From an uncultured Candidatus Saccharibacteria bacterium (lineage in GTDB: Bacteria > Patescibacteriota > Minisyncoccia > Phycocordibacterales > PALSA-1337), in contig CAYPPJ010000001.1 of NCBI GenBank assembly GCA_964412585.1, forward strand, positions 17,995-81,994: a stretch of 64,000 bases of DNA. The letters run 5' to 3'. The position numbers and the translations under genes were made by a program. Under the pieces are notes generated by a model. That model was not told where the DNA came from. It ran no database searches and saw nothing but the letters and a program-made list of their open reading frames with translations. The stretch's first letter is position 1. Every line of letters starts with the position of its first letter. This document shows positions 9,741 through 20,047 of this stretch, piece by piece.

Positions 9741-10124
9741 ATGTTAATGATCCGCCTACAGCGCGTCGGACGCATACACGAACCAACATTTCGTGTTGTG
9801 TTGACTGACTCAAAAAATGGCCCAAAGAGCGGTAAATATCTCAAGAATCTTGGTTGGTATGACACTCGTATCAAGAACAAGGTTGAGCAGATTGATGTTG
9901 AAGCCATCAAGCACTGGACTTCAAAGGGTGCACAGCTTTCAGTCACTCTCCACAATTTCCTCGTCTCAAACAAAGTTATCACTGGCAAGAAGATCAACGC
10001 ACTTCCAAAGAAAACTCCTATAAAGAAAGAAGTTCCTGCAGAAGCTCCAAAGGCTGCTGCAGCTCCTGCTCCAGCCGCTGAAGCTACTCCTGCACCGGCT
10101 GAGACAGCTCCCGTAGCCGCATAA
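9741..10124 (+). CDS. rpsP: 30S ribosomal protein S16 with Ala/Pro-rich tail
   Basis: MLMIRLQRVGR...FRVV..DS...LGWYD...KGAQLS. Confidence 0.95.
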   Translation: MLMIRLQRVGRIHEPTFRVVLTDSKNGPKSGKYLKNLGWYDTRIKNKVEQIDVEAIKHWTSKGAQLSVTLHNFLVSNKVITGKKINALPKKTPIKKEVPAEAPKAAAAPAPAAEATPAPAETAPVAA

Positions 10125-10148
10125 AGATCCCCGATGAGGGGATTTTTT
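10123..10148 (+). terminator. Intrinsic terminator after rpsP
   Basis: atcccc-gatga-ggggat then tttttt. Confidence 0.75.
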
Positions 10149-10256
10149 GTACGCTCTTTATATAACGGTGTGTACAACTTTTGCTTGTTGTTTTTTAATT
10201 TGGTACACTTATGCCAGTACAGCGAACTGTACGATTACGAAATTAATCTAACGATT

Positions 10257-10607
10257 ATGCAGAAAGACGAAGAGTTCCTCGCGTATGTCATCAAAGCTTT
10301 AGTAGACAATCCCGACCAGGTCAAAACATCACGTACAGTTGATGAAATGGGCGTACTCCTTACGCTCGAAGTCGGTGCCGCAGATATGGGCAAGATTATC
10401 GGACGTCAGGGCAATACTGCCAAGGCGGTCCGCACACTTCTTCGTGTTGTAGGTATGAAAAATAATAGTCGCGTCAATCTCAAGATTAACGAGCCCGTTG
10501 GTGGTCTCAAGTCACCAGAGCGCGTAGGGCAGGGAGCAGCGGTTCCACTTTCGACCCCAAACTCAAAGACAGTTGATGAGGCGATGGCGGATCTCAAGTT
10601 GGAATAG
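10257..10607 (+). CDS. khpA: KH-domain RNA-binding protein
   Basis: LVDNPD..V, DMGKIIGRQGNTAKAVRTLL; downstream of rpsP. Confidence 0.9.
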   Translation: MQKDEEFLAYVIKALVDNPDQVKTSRTVDEMGVLLTLEVGAADMGKIIGRQGNTAKAVRTLLRVVGMKNNSRVNLKINEPVGGLKSPERVGQGAAVPLSTPNSKTVDEAMADLKLE

Positions 10608-10650
10608 GAAGCACAAGAGATTAGTAATTAGTAACTAGAGATTAGAAAGC

Positions 10651-10678
10651 AAAAAATCGGGCGAGAGCCCGATTTTTT
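10651..10678. terminator. Bidirectional terminator
   Basis: aaaaaatcgggc-gaga-gcccgatttttt. Confidence 0.8.
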
Positions 10679-10763
10679 GGTTGACTGTAGAAGGGTGTTA
10701 TGGCAATCTTTGTTAAGGTTGAAATCAATAGCTACTCGCCAAAGAGTGAAAGGAATTACGAGT

Positions 10764-11126
10764 ATGTTAGATAAGAATGACATCATCAGGGAAGAGTTGA
10801 GAAAAAAATTCAAAAGTGTTGGCCCGGTCTGCGATGGTACTGTCATGGTTTCCGATGGTCAATCGGAATTCCATGTCACGCCAGAAGGTGTGTCACTGTA
10901 CAATGAGCGGTACGCGTACGTCGGCTCTTTTCATCACGGATTTGCCTGGGTTCGCCCAAAGGGAAAACGTGCTCGGGAGTTTCACATTCGAAAGGATGGC
11001 TCGCGGCCTTATAAGCATGATTTCCACACAGTGGGAGATTTTGATGGAGAGGAGGCGCGAGCGTCATACGAAGGAAACGTGACGTTCTGGATCAACGCGA
11101 AAGGGGAACGAATTCGGCCTGAGTAA
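10764..11126 (+). CDS. WG-repeat (KWG-like) protein
   Basis: Repeats YAYVGSFHHGFAWV...FHIRKDG and FHTVGDFDGEEARA...FWINAKG. Confidence 0.65.
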   Translation: MLDKNDIIREELRKKFKSVGPVCDGTVMVSDGQSEFHVTPEGVSLYNERYAYVGSFHHGFAWVRPKGKRAREFHIRKDGSRPYKHDFHTVGDFDGEEARASYEGNVTFWINAKGERIRPE

Positions 11127-11202
11127 GGAAATCAGTGACAAATGTTTTCGTGACAAGAAGTCAGTTTCGTGGTACAGTCATCTGGCCACGATTTTTATTT
11201 TT

Positions 11203-11916
11203 ATGCTTACCTATCACCTCATAACTCTCTTTCCAGAAAGCACCGAGTCATATCTCAATGCCTCGATTTTGAAGCGTGCGCAGGAAAAAGGATTGATTAC
11301 TATTAAGTACTACAATCCACGTGATTTTACGATAGCGAAAAAGAAGGGCGTACCTCAGACCTATGCGGACCGCCGAGTTGACGATCGTCCGTATGGTGGT
11401 GGCCCAGGGATGGTCATAGAAGCGCTGCCAGTTATTAAGGCTATTGAGGCGGCAATGAAAGTTGCAAAAGGTAAGCGTCGCATTCTATTTCCAAAAAAGG
11501 CTGAAACGGTAAAAAAGATTAAAATCGTTTTCTTTAGCCCTGCCGGTAAGCAATTTTCTAATACGATGGCAGATTCATTTAAGAAATACACGGACATTAT
11601 CTTTGTCTGTGGACGCTATGAAGGCATTGATGCGCGTGTGAAGAAAGCTTTTCCGATGGTTGATATCTCAGTCGGGCCATATGTGGTCACTGGTGGGGAA
11701 TTGGCAGCCATGATTATGATTGACACCATCACGCGCCGTATTCCCGGAGTACTTGGAGACAGTCTTTCAATTGAAGAAGAGCGCATCGCAAGCTCGGATG
11801 TCTATACTCGTCCCGAGGTTATTGAATATAAAAAGAAAAAGTATCGTGTCCCCAAGGTTCTCTTGAGTGGCCATCACGCCAAGATGGATGAGTGGAAGAA
11901 GGGGAGGAAGAAATAA
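11203..11916 (+). CDS. trmD: tRNA (guanine37-N1)-methyltransferase
   Basis: ITLFPE, VDDRPYGGGPGMV, CGRYEGID.RV, S.GPYVVTGGE, YTRP, VP.VLLSG.H. Confidence 0.96.
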   Translation: MLTYHLITLFPESTESYLNASILKRAQEKGLITIKYYNPRDFTIAKKKGVPQTYADRRVDDRPYGGGPGMVIEALPVIKAIEAAMKVAKGKRRILFPKKAETVKKIKIVFFSPAGKQFSNTMADSFKKYTDIIFVCGRYEGIDARVKKAFPMVDISVGPYVVTGGELAAMIMIDTITRRIPGVLGDSLSIEEERIASSDVYTRPEVIEYKKKKYRVPKVLLSGHHAKMDEWKKGRKK

Positions 11917-12214
11917 AGCACAGGAACATACATATATATAGTATGTCAATATTTGGTCATTTATCCCCAGATTGAGCCATAAATGCTTGACCTTATAGCT
12001 GGTATATGATAGGGTACTCACAACTTCGCAGATTGTGTTCTGCTGTAGCGGAGGATTAGACAGGTCCATCATTAGTCCTACCCAGTGAATATCACTTACT
12101 AACTGTCAAGTGAATTTAATATCCGTTTTCAAAAACGGCATTTTTGCGTTTGCGCGCCAAAATCGGGTATCACGTTTCGATTATTAAGTGTCAGTTACTA
12201 ATTATTTTAATAAC

Positions 12215-15200
12215 ATGTCGACAACCATCCGCCCGAAGAAATTTTTCTCCCGCTATCAGGTACCACTGACAGAGATGCCGCATCTCGTCGAGTCGCAGCT
12301 TCTCTCTTTCACACAGCTTGTGGAAAAGGGCATTGAGAATCTTCTCAAGGAATTTTCTCCGATCAAGGACTACGCCGAAAAGAAATTCGAGCTGTCTATC
12401 GGCTCTCCAGAGATCATCCTCCCAAAGTTCAACGAACACTTTGCCAAGGATAACAAACTCAACTACGAGGGGCAGATCAAGGTAAAGGTGACCCTCAAGA
12501 ACAAGTCACTCAATGTGGTCAAAGAACAGGAAATGCTCTTGGCCGAGATTCCTCTCATGACCGATCATGGTACCTTCATCATCAACGGTGTTGAACGTGT
12601 TATCGTTCCTCAGCTCGCCCGCTCATTTGGTATTTTCTTTACCGGCAATGAAGTCAAAGGCAAGAACTACTTTGGCGCAAAGATCATTCCTGCGCGCGGT
12701 GTGTGGATGGAAATCGAGACTGACACTGATGGCACTATCTTCTGCCGTATTGACCGCAAGCGCAAGTTCCCGATCACCTCACTTTTGCGCATTCTCGGGG
12801 CAGAGACCAATGAAAAGATCATGGATCTCTTCAAAGGCAAGCCAGAGGCGTACAAAATTGTCGAAATGACCTTGGCAAAGGACCATGCCAAGACCAAGGA
12901 TGAGGCGTATATGGAGATTCACAAGCGTCTCCGTGACGGCGATCTCGCGACTGCAGAGAACGCCCGCTCATTCGTTCAAGCTCTTCTCAAAGAGGACCGT
13001 TATGACATCAACCGTGTCGGTCGTTTCCGTTTCAACAAGCGTTTTGGAAAGTCTATGGATGAAAAAGAGCTCGAACGCCGCACCATCAACCTTGATGATA
13101 TTGCGACAACTATTGCACACATTGTGACGTTAACTACGACTCCTGATTCGATGCCGGACGATATTGACCACCTCGGTTCACGACGTGTTCGCTATGTTGG
13201 TGAACTCCTCGAGACTCGCATTCGTCTCGGTTTGACGCAGATGAAGCGTAATATTCAGGACAAGATGTCGACTGTTGAACCTGACGTGACTCTGCCTGTC
13301 TCATTTATTTACCCACGCCCGCTCCAGGCACGTATCAAAGAATTCTTCACGACCAACCAGCTTTCGCAGTTCATGGAGCAGACCAACGCTCTTGGTGAGA
13401 TTGAGAACCTCCGTCAATTGACGGCTCTTGGACCCGGCGGTCTTTCACGTGAGCGTGCAGGTTTCGAAGTTCGTGACGTTCACCCATCTCACTATGGACG
13501 CTTGTGTCCTATCCATACGCCAGAAGGTCCAAACATCGGTTTGGTGCTTCGTCTCGCAACGTATGCCCGCATCAACGATTTTGGCATGATCGAAACTCCT
13601 TATGTCAAAGTAAAAGATGGCAAGATTACCAAGGAGATTATTTATATGAACGCTCTTGAAGAAGAGAACTACCGTATTGCTCATGCGGCTACTCCGTATG
13701 ACAAGGATGGTGTTATCACCGTGAGTGAAGTGGAGGTTCGTATCAACGGTAAGCCAGCCATGGCAACCAAAAAGGAAATTGATTTTATTGACGTTGCTAC
13801 AAATCAGGCGTTCTCTATTGCCACATCGCTTATTCCGTTTGTGAACCACGATGACGCCAACCGCGCACTCATGGGATCAAACATGTTGAAACAAGCTACC
13901 CCATGTCTCATTCCAGAGGCTCCATTCGTTGCCACTGGTATTGAAGAGAAGGCGGTATTGGATACAGGGCGTCTTGTTGTTGCGCCAGAGGATGGTGAGA
14001 TTACGCATGTGGACGCAAAGAAAATTACCTTTGTTTCAAAGAAAGGCAAGAAGCATGAATATAGCCTCGTGTTGTTCTCACGAACAAACGGTTTCACCGC
14101 GTTCCATCAGCGTCCGATTGTTTCGGTTGGTGATAAGGTGAAGAAGGGAACAGTGCTCGCTGATACTTCAACATCAGACAAGGGTCAGATTGCTCTCGGT
14201 CACAACGCACTTGTAGCATTTATGTCATGGTCTGGTAACAACTACGAAGACGCTATCATTCTCTCGGAACGTGTCGTCAAGAATAGCAAGTGGAGCTCAG
14301 TCCACATCGAGGAAATTCAGGTCAACGTTCGTGATACCAAGCTTGGTCCCGAGGTGACTACCTGCGATATTCCAAACGTTGGTGAGAACAAACTCAAGAA
14401 CCTCACTGAAGAAGGTATTGTCCGCATTGGTGCAGAGGTTCGCCCAGGCGATATTCTCGTCGGTAAGATTTCTCCAAAAGGTGAGACACAGCTTACGCCA
14501 GAAGAGCGCTTGCTCCGCTCGATCTTCGGTGAAAAGGCACGCGATGTGAAGGATACTTCAAAGCGCATGGAAAACGGCAAGCGCGGTCGTGTTATTTCGG
14601 TCAAAATTTTCTCACGTGAAAAAGGTGACAAGCTCGAGTCAGGTATCATCAAGAAAATCTATATTGAAGTCGCACAGGTTCGTAACATTTCAGTTGGTGA
14701 CAAGATGGCAGGACGCCACGGTAACAAGGGTGTTATCTCACGCATTCTCCCAGAAGAGGATATGCCATATATGGAAGATGGTCGTCCGATTGATGTCATT
14801 CTCACACCTCTTGGTGTGCCATCACGTATGAACCTCGGACAGATTCTCGAGTTGCACCTTGGTTTGGCTGCAAATGAACTTGGCTATCAAGCTATTGTTC
14901 CACCATTTGCTGGTGCGACGGAGACTGAGATCAAGGATGAATTGGTCAAGGCTGGATTCGATGCGTCAGGAAAAATGAAGCTTCGCGATGGACGCACGGG
15001 AGATTATTTCTCACAGCCTATTGCTGTTGGATACATGTATATCTTGAAACTTCACCACATGGTGGAAGACAAGATTCACATGCGTTCTATTGGTCCTTAT
15101 TCTCTCATTACCCAGCAACCTCTCGGAGGAAAGGCACAAGGCGGAGGTCAACGTTTTGGAGAAATGGAAGTTTGGGCACTCTTGGGTCACGGTGCAGCGC

Positions 15201-15394
15201 ACACTTTGCGTGAAATTCTTACCGTCAAATCTGACGACATCATCGGTCGTTCACAGACATTCGATGCTATTGTCAAAGGTGAACGTCCAAAGGCGCCAAA
15301 TCTTCCTGCATCATTCAATGTGTTGCTAAAGACACTTCGTGGTTTGGCACTCAACGTAGAACTTACCAACAAGCCTCACGTCGAAGAGGAATAA
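12215..15394 (+). CDS. rpoB: DNA-directed RNA polymerase beta subunit
   Basis: GTFIINGVERV, DDIDHLG.RR, TPEGPNIGL, GDKMAGRHGNKG, GGQRFGEMEVW. Confidence 0.99.
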   Translation: MSTTIRPKKFFSRYQVPLTEMPHLVESQLLSFTQLVEKGIENLLKEFSPIKDYAEKKFELSIGSPEIILPKFNEHFAKDNKLNYEGQIKVKVTLKNKSLNVVKEQEMLLAEIPLMTDHGTFIINGVERVIVPQLARSFGIFFTGNEVKGKNYFGAKIIPARGVWMEIETDTDGTIFCRIDRKRKFPITSLLRILGAETNEKIMDLFKGKPEAYKIVEMTLAKDHAKTKDEAYMEIHKRLRDGDLATAENARSFVQALLKEDRYDINRVGRFRFNKRFGKSMDEKELERRTINLDDIATTIAHIVTLTTTPDSMPDDIDHLGSRRVRYVGELLETRIRLGLTQMKRNIQDKMSTVEPDVTLPVSFIYPRPLQARIKEFFTTNQLSQFMEQTNALGEIENLRQLTALGPGGLSRERAGFEVRDVHPSHYGRLCPIHTPEGPNIGLVLRLATYARINDFGMIETPYVKVKDGKITKEIIYMNALEEENYRIAHAATPYDKDGVITVSEVEVRINGKPAMATKKEIDFIDVATNQAFSIATSLIPFVNHDDANRALMGSNMLKQATPCLIPEAPFVATGIEEKAVLDTGRLVVAPEDGEITHVDAKKITFVSKKGKKHEYSLVLFSRTNGFTAFHQRPIVSVGDKVKKGTVLADTSTSDKGQIALGHNALVAFMSWSGNNYEDAIILSERVVKNSKWSSVHIEEIQVNVRDTKLGPEVTTCDIPNVGENKLKNLTEEGIVRIGAEVRPGDILVGKISPKGETQLTPEERLLRSIFGEKARDVKDTSKRMENGKRGRVISVKIFSREKGDKLESGIIKKIYIEVAQVRNISVGDKMAGRHGNKGVISRILPEEDMPYMEDGRPIDVILTPLGVPSRMNLGQILELHLGLAANELGYQAIVPPFAGATETEIKDELVKAGFDASGKMKLRDGRTGDYFSQPIAVGYMYILKLHHMVEDKIHMRSIGPYSLITQQPLGGKAQGGGQRFGEMEVWALLGHGAAHTLREILTVKSDDIIGRSQTFDAIVKGERPKAPNLPASFNVLLKTLRGLALNVELTNKPHVEEE

Positions 15395-15439
15395 TAGTAT
15401 TGAATATCATCATTCATTCAATCTAATTCAATCACTATC

Positions 15440-18400
15440 ATGACAACTCAAATCAAAAAGACAACAGATCCAGCACAGTTCGACATCGTCAAGCTGTCGC
15501 TCGCATCACCTGACAAGATCCTCGAATGGTCATACGGCGAAGTCACCAAGCCAGAAACCATCAACTATCGTACACAGCGATCTGAAAAGAGCGGTCTCTT
15601 CGACGAACGTATCTTTGGTCCAGACCGTGACTATGAGTGTTACTGTGGAAAATACCGTGGTATTCGCTACAAGGGCATCGTCTGTGAAAAATGTGGCGTT
15701 GAAATAACTCGCTCAATTGTTCGCCGTGAACGCATGGGTCACATTGAGCTTGCCTCACCGGTATCTCATATTTGGTTCCTCCGTTCAGTTCCATCACGCA
15801 TTGGCCTTATTCTCGGCATGACTACCGCTGATCTCGAGAAGGTCGTTTACTTTGCTGGCTATATTGTCACCAAGGTCAACGAATCAGAACGCGATTCATT
15901 CCTCAAAGAACTTGACGGGGAATACAAGAGCAAGGTCAAGACTGCTCAGGATGACAAGACAAAGGAGGCCCTCAAGGAGCTTGTCGTCAGTGCTCGTAAA
16001 GAGATTGAGAGCTTGACGCCAGGTATGGTTATGGACGAAGCAAGCTACCACAAATTTGCTATGAAGTACGGCTCGCTTTTCGAAGCTGGCATTGGTGCTG
16101 AGATTGTCTACGAATTGCTGAAGAAGATTGATCTCGCCAAGCTCAAGACTGAGCTCGAAGGATATCTTGAAAATGCCGGTGCCGCGGACCGTGAGAAACT
16201 CTCGAAGCGTCTGTCATTGGTCAAACAGATGATCAAGGCAAAGATGCGTCCTGAATGGATGTTCCTTATCCGTATTCCAGTTATTCCGCCTGGCATCCGC
16301 CCGATGGTAGCTCTTGATGGTGGTCGCTATGCTACCTCAGATGTGAACGACCTCTATCGTCGTGTTATCAACCGCAACAATCGTCTGTTGAAACTCAAGG
16401 AGATCAACGCGCCAGAAGTCATTCTTCGCAACGAAAAGCGTATTCTCCAAGAGGCCGTTGATGCCCTTATCGACAACTCGATTCGTCATAGCTCATCAGC
16501 CGGTGCCGCTGCAGCTGCCGCACAAAAGCGCGCGCTTAAGTCACTTTCAGACAGCCTCAAGTCAAAGCGCGGTCTTTTTCGCCAGAACTTGCTCGGTAAG
16601 CGCGTGGACTACTCAGGTCGTTCGGTGATCGTGGTTGGTCCAGAGCTCAAGCTTGACCAGTGTGGTTTGCCAAAGCACATGGCTCTCGAATTGTTCCGCC
16701 CATTTATTATCTCAGGTCTCTTGAAAAAAGAGTTGGCCTACAACATCCGTGGTGCAAATCGTCTGATTGATGATGGTGCCAAGGAAGTCTGGGAAATTCT
16801 CGAAGAAGTTATTGCTAATAAGTACGTTCTCTTGAACCGTGCTCCTACTTTGCACCGCCTCGGTATTCAGGCGTTTCGTCCTATTCTTATTGAAGGTAAT
16901 GCTATTCAAGTTCACCCACTCGTCTGTACGGCATTCAACGCTGACTTCGATGGTGACCAGATGGCTGTTCACGTGCCATTGTCAGATGAGGCACAGCTTG
17001 AAGCAAAGATGATCATGGCTTCAGACAAAAATATTTTGAAGCCAGGTAACAATGATCCTACAGTCGTTGCCAAGTTGCTCGATATTGTCCTCGGATGTTT
17101 CTGGGTCACCAAGGTTATTGATGGCGCACAGGGTACTGGCAAGATCTTCGAATCACCAGATGCAGCTATCTTGGCTCATAGCTTTGGCGACATCGATCTT
17201 CGTGCAAAGGTCAAAGTTCTTGCGCCGAAGACTGCAAAATTTGCAAAATTCAAGGAAGGTTTGTTCGAGACGACAGTTGGTCGTATCCTCCTCAACAATG
17301 TATTGCCGGTTGACTATGCGTTCATCAACGAAGAGACCGGACGCAAGCGCATTGCTGCCATCATTGATGATATGATCACTCTTCACGGTGCAGAAAATGT
17401 TGCGCCGATTCTGGACAAGATCAAGTCATTTGGATTCCATTACGCCACATTCTCAGGAACTACCTGGGGTATCGATGACATTGTTATTCCAGAGGCAAAA
17501 TATGACATCATCAAGAAGGGTAAGGAGAAGGCGGATACCGTCACTCAGCAGTTCAACGAAGGTCTCCTTACTGAAGAAGAGCGCGTTCGTAAGCATATTG
17601 AGATTTGGCAGCATGCAAAGGGTGAAGTTGAAAAAACTATCCCAGGTTCGCTCGACAAGAACGGATCTGTCTATGACATGGTCAACTCAGGTGCTCGTGG
17701 TTCGCTTTCTCAGATCACAATCATGGCAGGTATGAAGGGTCTTATTGCCTCAGTTTCGGGTGATACTATCGAGTTCCCGATTCTCTCATGTGCAAAAGAA
17801 GGTTTGACTCCGATTGAGTACTTCATTACTACTCACGGTTCTCGCAAGGGTCTCACGGATACTGCTCTCAACACCGCAAAGGCTGGATATCTCACCCGTA
17901 AGCTCTTCGTGGTCGCACAGGATGTTGTTGTTTCAGAAGACGACTGTGGTACAAAGGACTCTATTGTTATCCGACGCCAGACTGCTTCAGGTATGGCTAT
18001 TCCACTCTCAAAGAACATTCGTGGCCGCGTTCTTGCAGAAGAAGTAAAGGGTATGGATGGTAAGGTTCTCTTTGAAAAAGGCCATCTCCTCTCAAAGGCT
18101 GATGCTGCTGCAGTAGAAGAGGCAGGCACAGTTGATGTACGTGTTCGCTCACCATTGTCATGCAAGACTATCCGTGGCGTGTGTGGTCAGTGTTACGGTC
18201 TCGATCTCGGTAAGAACAAGCTCGTTGATCTTGGTGAAGCAGTCGGTACTGTTGCCGCACAAGCTATCGGTGAACCAGGAACTCAGCTCACCATGCGTAC
18301 CTTCCACGCTGGTGGTGCCGCATCACAAGGTGGAGATATTACTCAAGGTTTGCCTCGTGTCGAGGAAATCTTTGAGAAGCGTCGTCCAAAGAACCCAGCC

Positions 18401-19114
18401 GTTGTCGCGAGTGTCGATGGTATGATCACTGAGGTCAAAGACCTCGGAAAGGAAAAAGTCATCATGCTTCTTCCAGAGCTTGAGGATTCAAAGGGCAAGA
18501 AGAAAGGAGCTGCTATCGAATACACCTTCCCGTATCGCCGTACTGTTCTCGTTAAAGTTGGTGATCAAGTCAAGAAGGGAGATCTTCTGACCGATGGTTC
18601 GGCAGATATTGATGAAGTCTTCGAATTTGGTGGTGAAGAGCGCGCAAAGGACTATGTTATTACCGAAGTTGGAAAGATCTATGAACTTCAAGGTGAAACA
18701 GTCTCACGCAAGCACATTGAGCTTATCGTAAAGCAGATGTTCTCACGTCGTCGCGTCAAGGAGTCGGGTGATACCAATCTTACTGAAGGCATGATTGTTG
18801 ACGATATTTATCTTTCAGAAGAAAATGCGCTCGCCAAGTCAGCTGGAGGTTCAGCTGCAAAGGTTGAGAAAATGGTTATGGGTATTACCGAAACCTCTCT
18901 CTCACGCAAGAGTTTCTTGTCGGCAGCTTCATTCCAGCACACGACTCGTGTCCTTATTGGAAATGCAGTCCGTGGTGCAGAAGACAACCTCACTGGTCTT
19001 ATGGAAAATGTCATTATTGGACGCCTCGTTCCTGCAGGAACAGGTTTCAAGGGTTCAGCAAAAAATGACATGATTGAGGCGGTCGCTCCTCGGGAAGTCT
19101 CGATGGAAGAATAA
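15440..19114 (+). CDS. rpoC: DNA-directed RNA polymerase beta' subunit
   Basis: Zn finger C.CGKY...CEKC, NLLGKRVDYSGRS, NADFDGDQM, IGEPGTQLTMRTFH. Confidence 0.99.
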   Translation: MTTQIKKTTDPAQFDIVKLSLASPDKILEWSYGEVTKPETINYRTQRSEKSGLFDERIFGPDRDYECYCGKYRGIRYKGIVCEKCGVEITRSIVRRERMGHIELASPVSHIWFLRSVPSRIGLILGMTTADLEKVVYFAGYIVTKVNESERDSFLKELDGEYKSKVKTAQDDKTKEALKELVVSARKEIESLTPGMVMDEASYHKFAMKYGSLFEAGIGAEIVYELLKKIDLAKLKTELEGYLENAGAADREKLSKRLSLVKQMIKAKMRPEWMFLIRIPVIPPGIRPMVALDGGRYATSDVNDLYRRVINRNNRLLKLKEINAPEVILRNEKRILQEAVDALIDNSIRHSSSAGAAAAAAQKRALKSLSDSLKSKRGLFRQNLLGKRVDYSGRSVIVVGPELKLDQCGLPKHMALELFRPFIISGLLKKELAYNIRGANRLIDDGAKEVWEILEEVIANKYVLLNRAPTLHRLGIQAFRPILIEGNAIQVHPLVCTAFNADFDGDQMAVHVPLSDEAQLEAKMIMASDKNILKPGNNDPTVVAKLLDIVLGCFWVTKVIDGAQGTGKIFESPDAAILAHSFGDIDLRAKVKVLAPKTAKFAKFKEGLFETTVGRILLNNVLPVDYAFINEETGRKRIAAIIDDMITLHGAENVAPILDKIKSFGFHYATFSGTTWGIDDIVIPEAKYDIIKKGKEKADTVTQQFNEGLLTEEERVRKHIEIWQHAKGEVEKTIPGSLDKNGSVYDMVNSGARGSLSQITIMAGMKGLIASVSGDTIEFPILSCAKEGLTPIEYFITTHGSRKGLTDTALNTAKAGYLTRKLFVVAQDVVVSEDDCGTKDSIVIRRQTASGMAIPLSKNIRGRVLAEEVKGMDGKVLFEKGHLLSKADAAAVEEAGTVDVRVRSPLSCKTIRGVCGQCYGLDLGKNKLVDLGEAVGTVAAQAIGEPGTQLTMRTFHAGGAASQGGDITQGLPRVEEIFEKRRPKNPAVVASVDGMITEVKDLGKEKVIMLLPELEDSKGKKKGAAIEYTFPYRRTVLVKVGDQVKKGDLLTDGSADIDEVFEFGGEERAKDYVITEVGKIYELQGETVSRKHIELIVKQMFSRRRVKESGDTNLTEGMIVDDIYLSEENALAKSAGGSAAKVEKMVMGITETSLSRKSFLSAASFQHTTRVLIGNAVRGAEDNLTGLMENVIIGRLVPAGTGFKGSAKNDMIEAVAPREVSMEE

Positions 19115-19132
19115 GTCTAACCTACTTCTATA

Positions 19133-19163
19133 CAAAAAACCGCTCAAGTTGGGCGGTTTTTTG
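19133..19163 (+). terminator. Intrinsic terminator after rpoC
   Basis: caaaaaaccgctc-aagtt-gggcggttttttg. Confidence 0.8.
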
Positions 19164-19210
19164 CCATATTTTTATATTCACGCAGTTATGTGATATGGTG
19201 GGGGCACAAT

Positions 19211-20032
19211 ATGAATACAGTCAGTGTATCTACACATACAGTTATCTATAAAAAACTGGGCGAAACACCACTCGAGGCTCTTGAGCGGTTTCGTGGTGAT
19301 CAGATCGCTCGCGCAAGACAGGCATCTACTACTGAGCAAAAAAGTGACCAAAAAGTAGTCACTTTTTGGCAGGATGTGCCCCTCACTTACGCCGGCCGGC
19401 TTGATCCAATGGCTGAAGGGTCATTACTTATTCTTATTGGGGATGAATGTAAAAATAAAGAAAAGTACCTTGGTCTCGACAAGGAATACGAGGTTGAAAT
19501 TGTCTTTGGTATTGAAACTGATACATACGATGCACTGGGAATATCGAGATTAGTTGAGGCAACCGGCCTGGATAACCAATCAGTTGGATTTGAGGCCGCT
19601 TCTATTTCGACTCAACTAAATTCATACGTTGGCCATTTTACACAATCCTACCCACCGTATTCATCCAAAACAGTGAATGGTGTCCAGCTTCACGAACTAG
19701 CGCGCACCGACTCATTACCGGAGGAAATGCCCACAAAAGAGGTAGAAATATACGACATTCAAGTATTATGTATTGGAACTATCAGCGCACCTGATTTACA
19801 TGATCGCATTACCAATACTATTGGACTGGTTAAGGGAGATTTCCGACAGGCTGAGATACTCGAGAAGTGGCACCAAAACCTCTCAGATAGTCGTATATTC
19901 AATACAGTGAGCATTCGTGTGAGATGTTCAAGTGGCACCTACATGCGCTCATTGGCACACAAGATAGGTCAAGATACTGGTCTCGGAGCTTTCGCGCTTT
20001 CGATACAGAGGACGAAGATACTCGGTCTGTGA
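19211..20032 (+). CDS. truB: tRNA pseudouridine(55) synthase TruB-like (no PUA tail)
   Basis: K..GET, YAGRLDPMAEG, K.Y...FG..TDT.D..G, Q.PP.YSS, CSSGTYMRSL. Confidence 0.85.
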   Translation: MNTVSVSTHTVIYKKLGETPLEALERFRGDQIARARQASTTEQKSDQKVVTFWQDVPLTYAGRLDPMAEGSLLILIGDECKNKEKYLGLDKEYEVEIVFGIETDTYDALGISRLVEATGLDNQSVGFEAASISTQLNSYVGHFTQSYPPYSSKTVNGVQLHELARTDSLPEEMPTKEVEIYDIQVLCIGTISAPDLHDRITNTIGLVKGDFRQAEILEKWHQNLSDSRIFNTVSIRVRCSSGTYMRSLAHKIGQDTGLGAFALSIQRTKILGL

Positions 20033-20047
20033 TACTATAGAAACACG

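Noticed and set aside
19552-19617. Possible in-frame palindromic insertion in truB
   Set aside because: Only short interrupted stems; cannot be distinguished from chance without an alignment.
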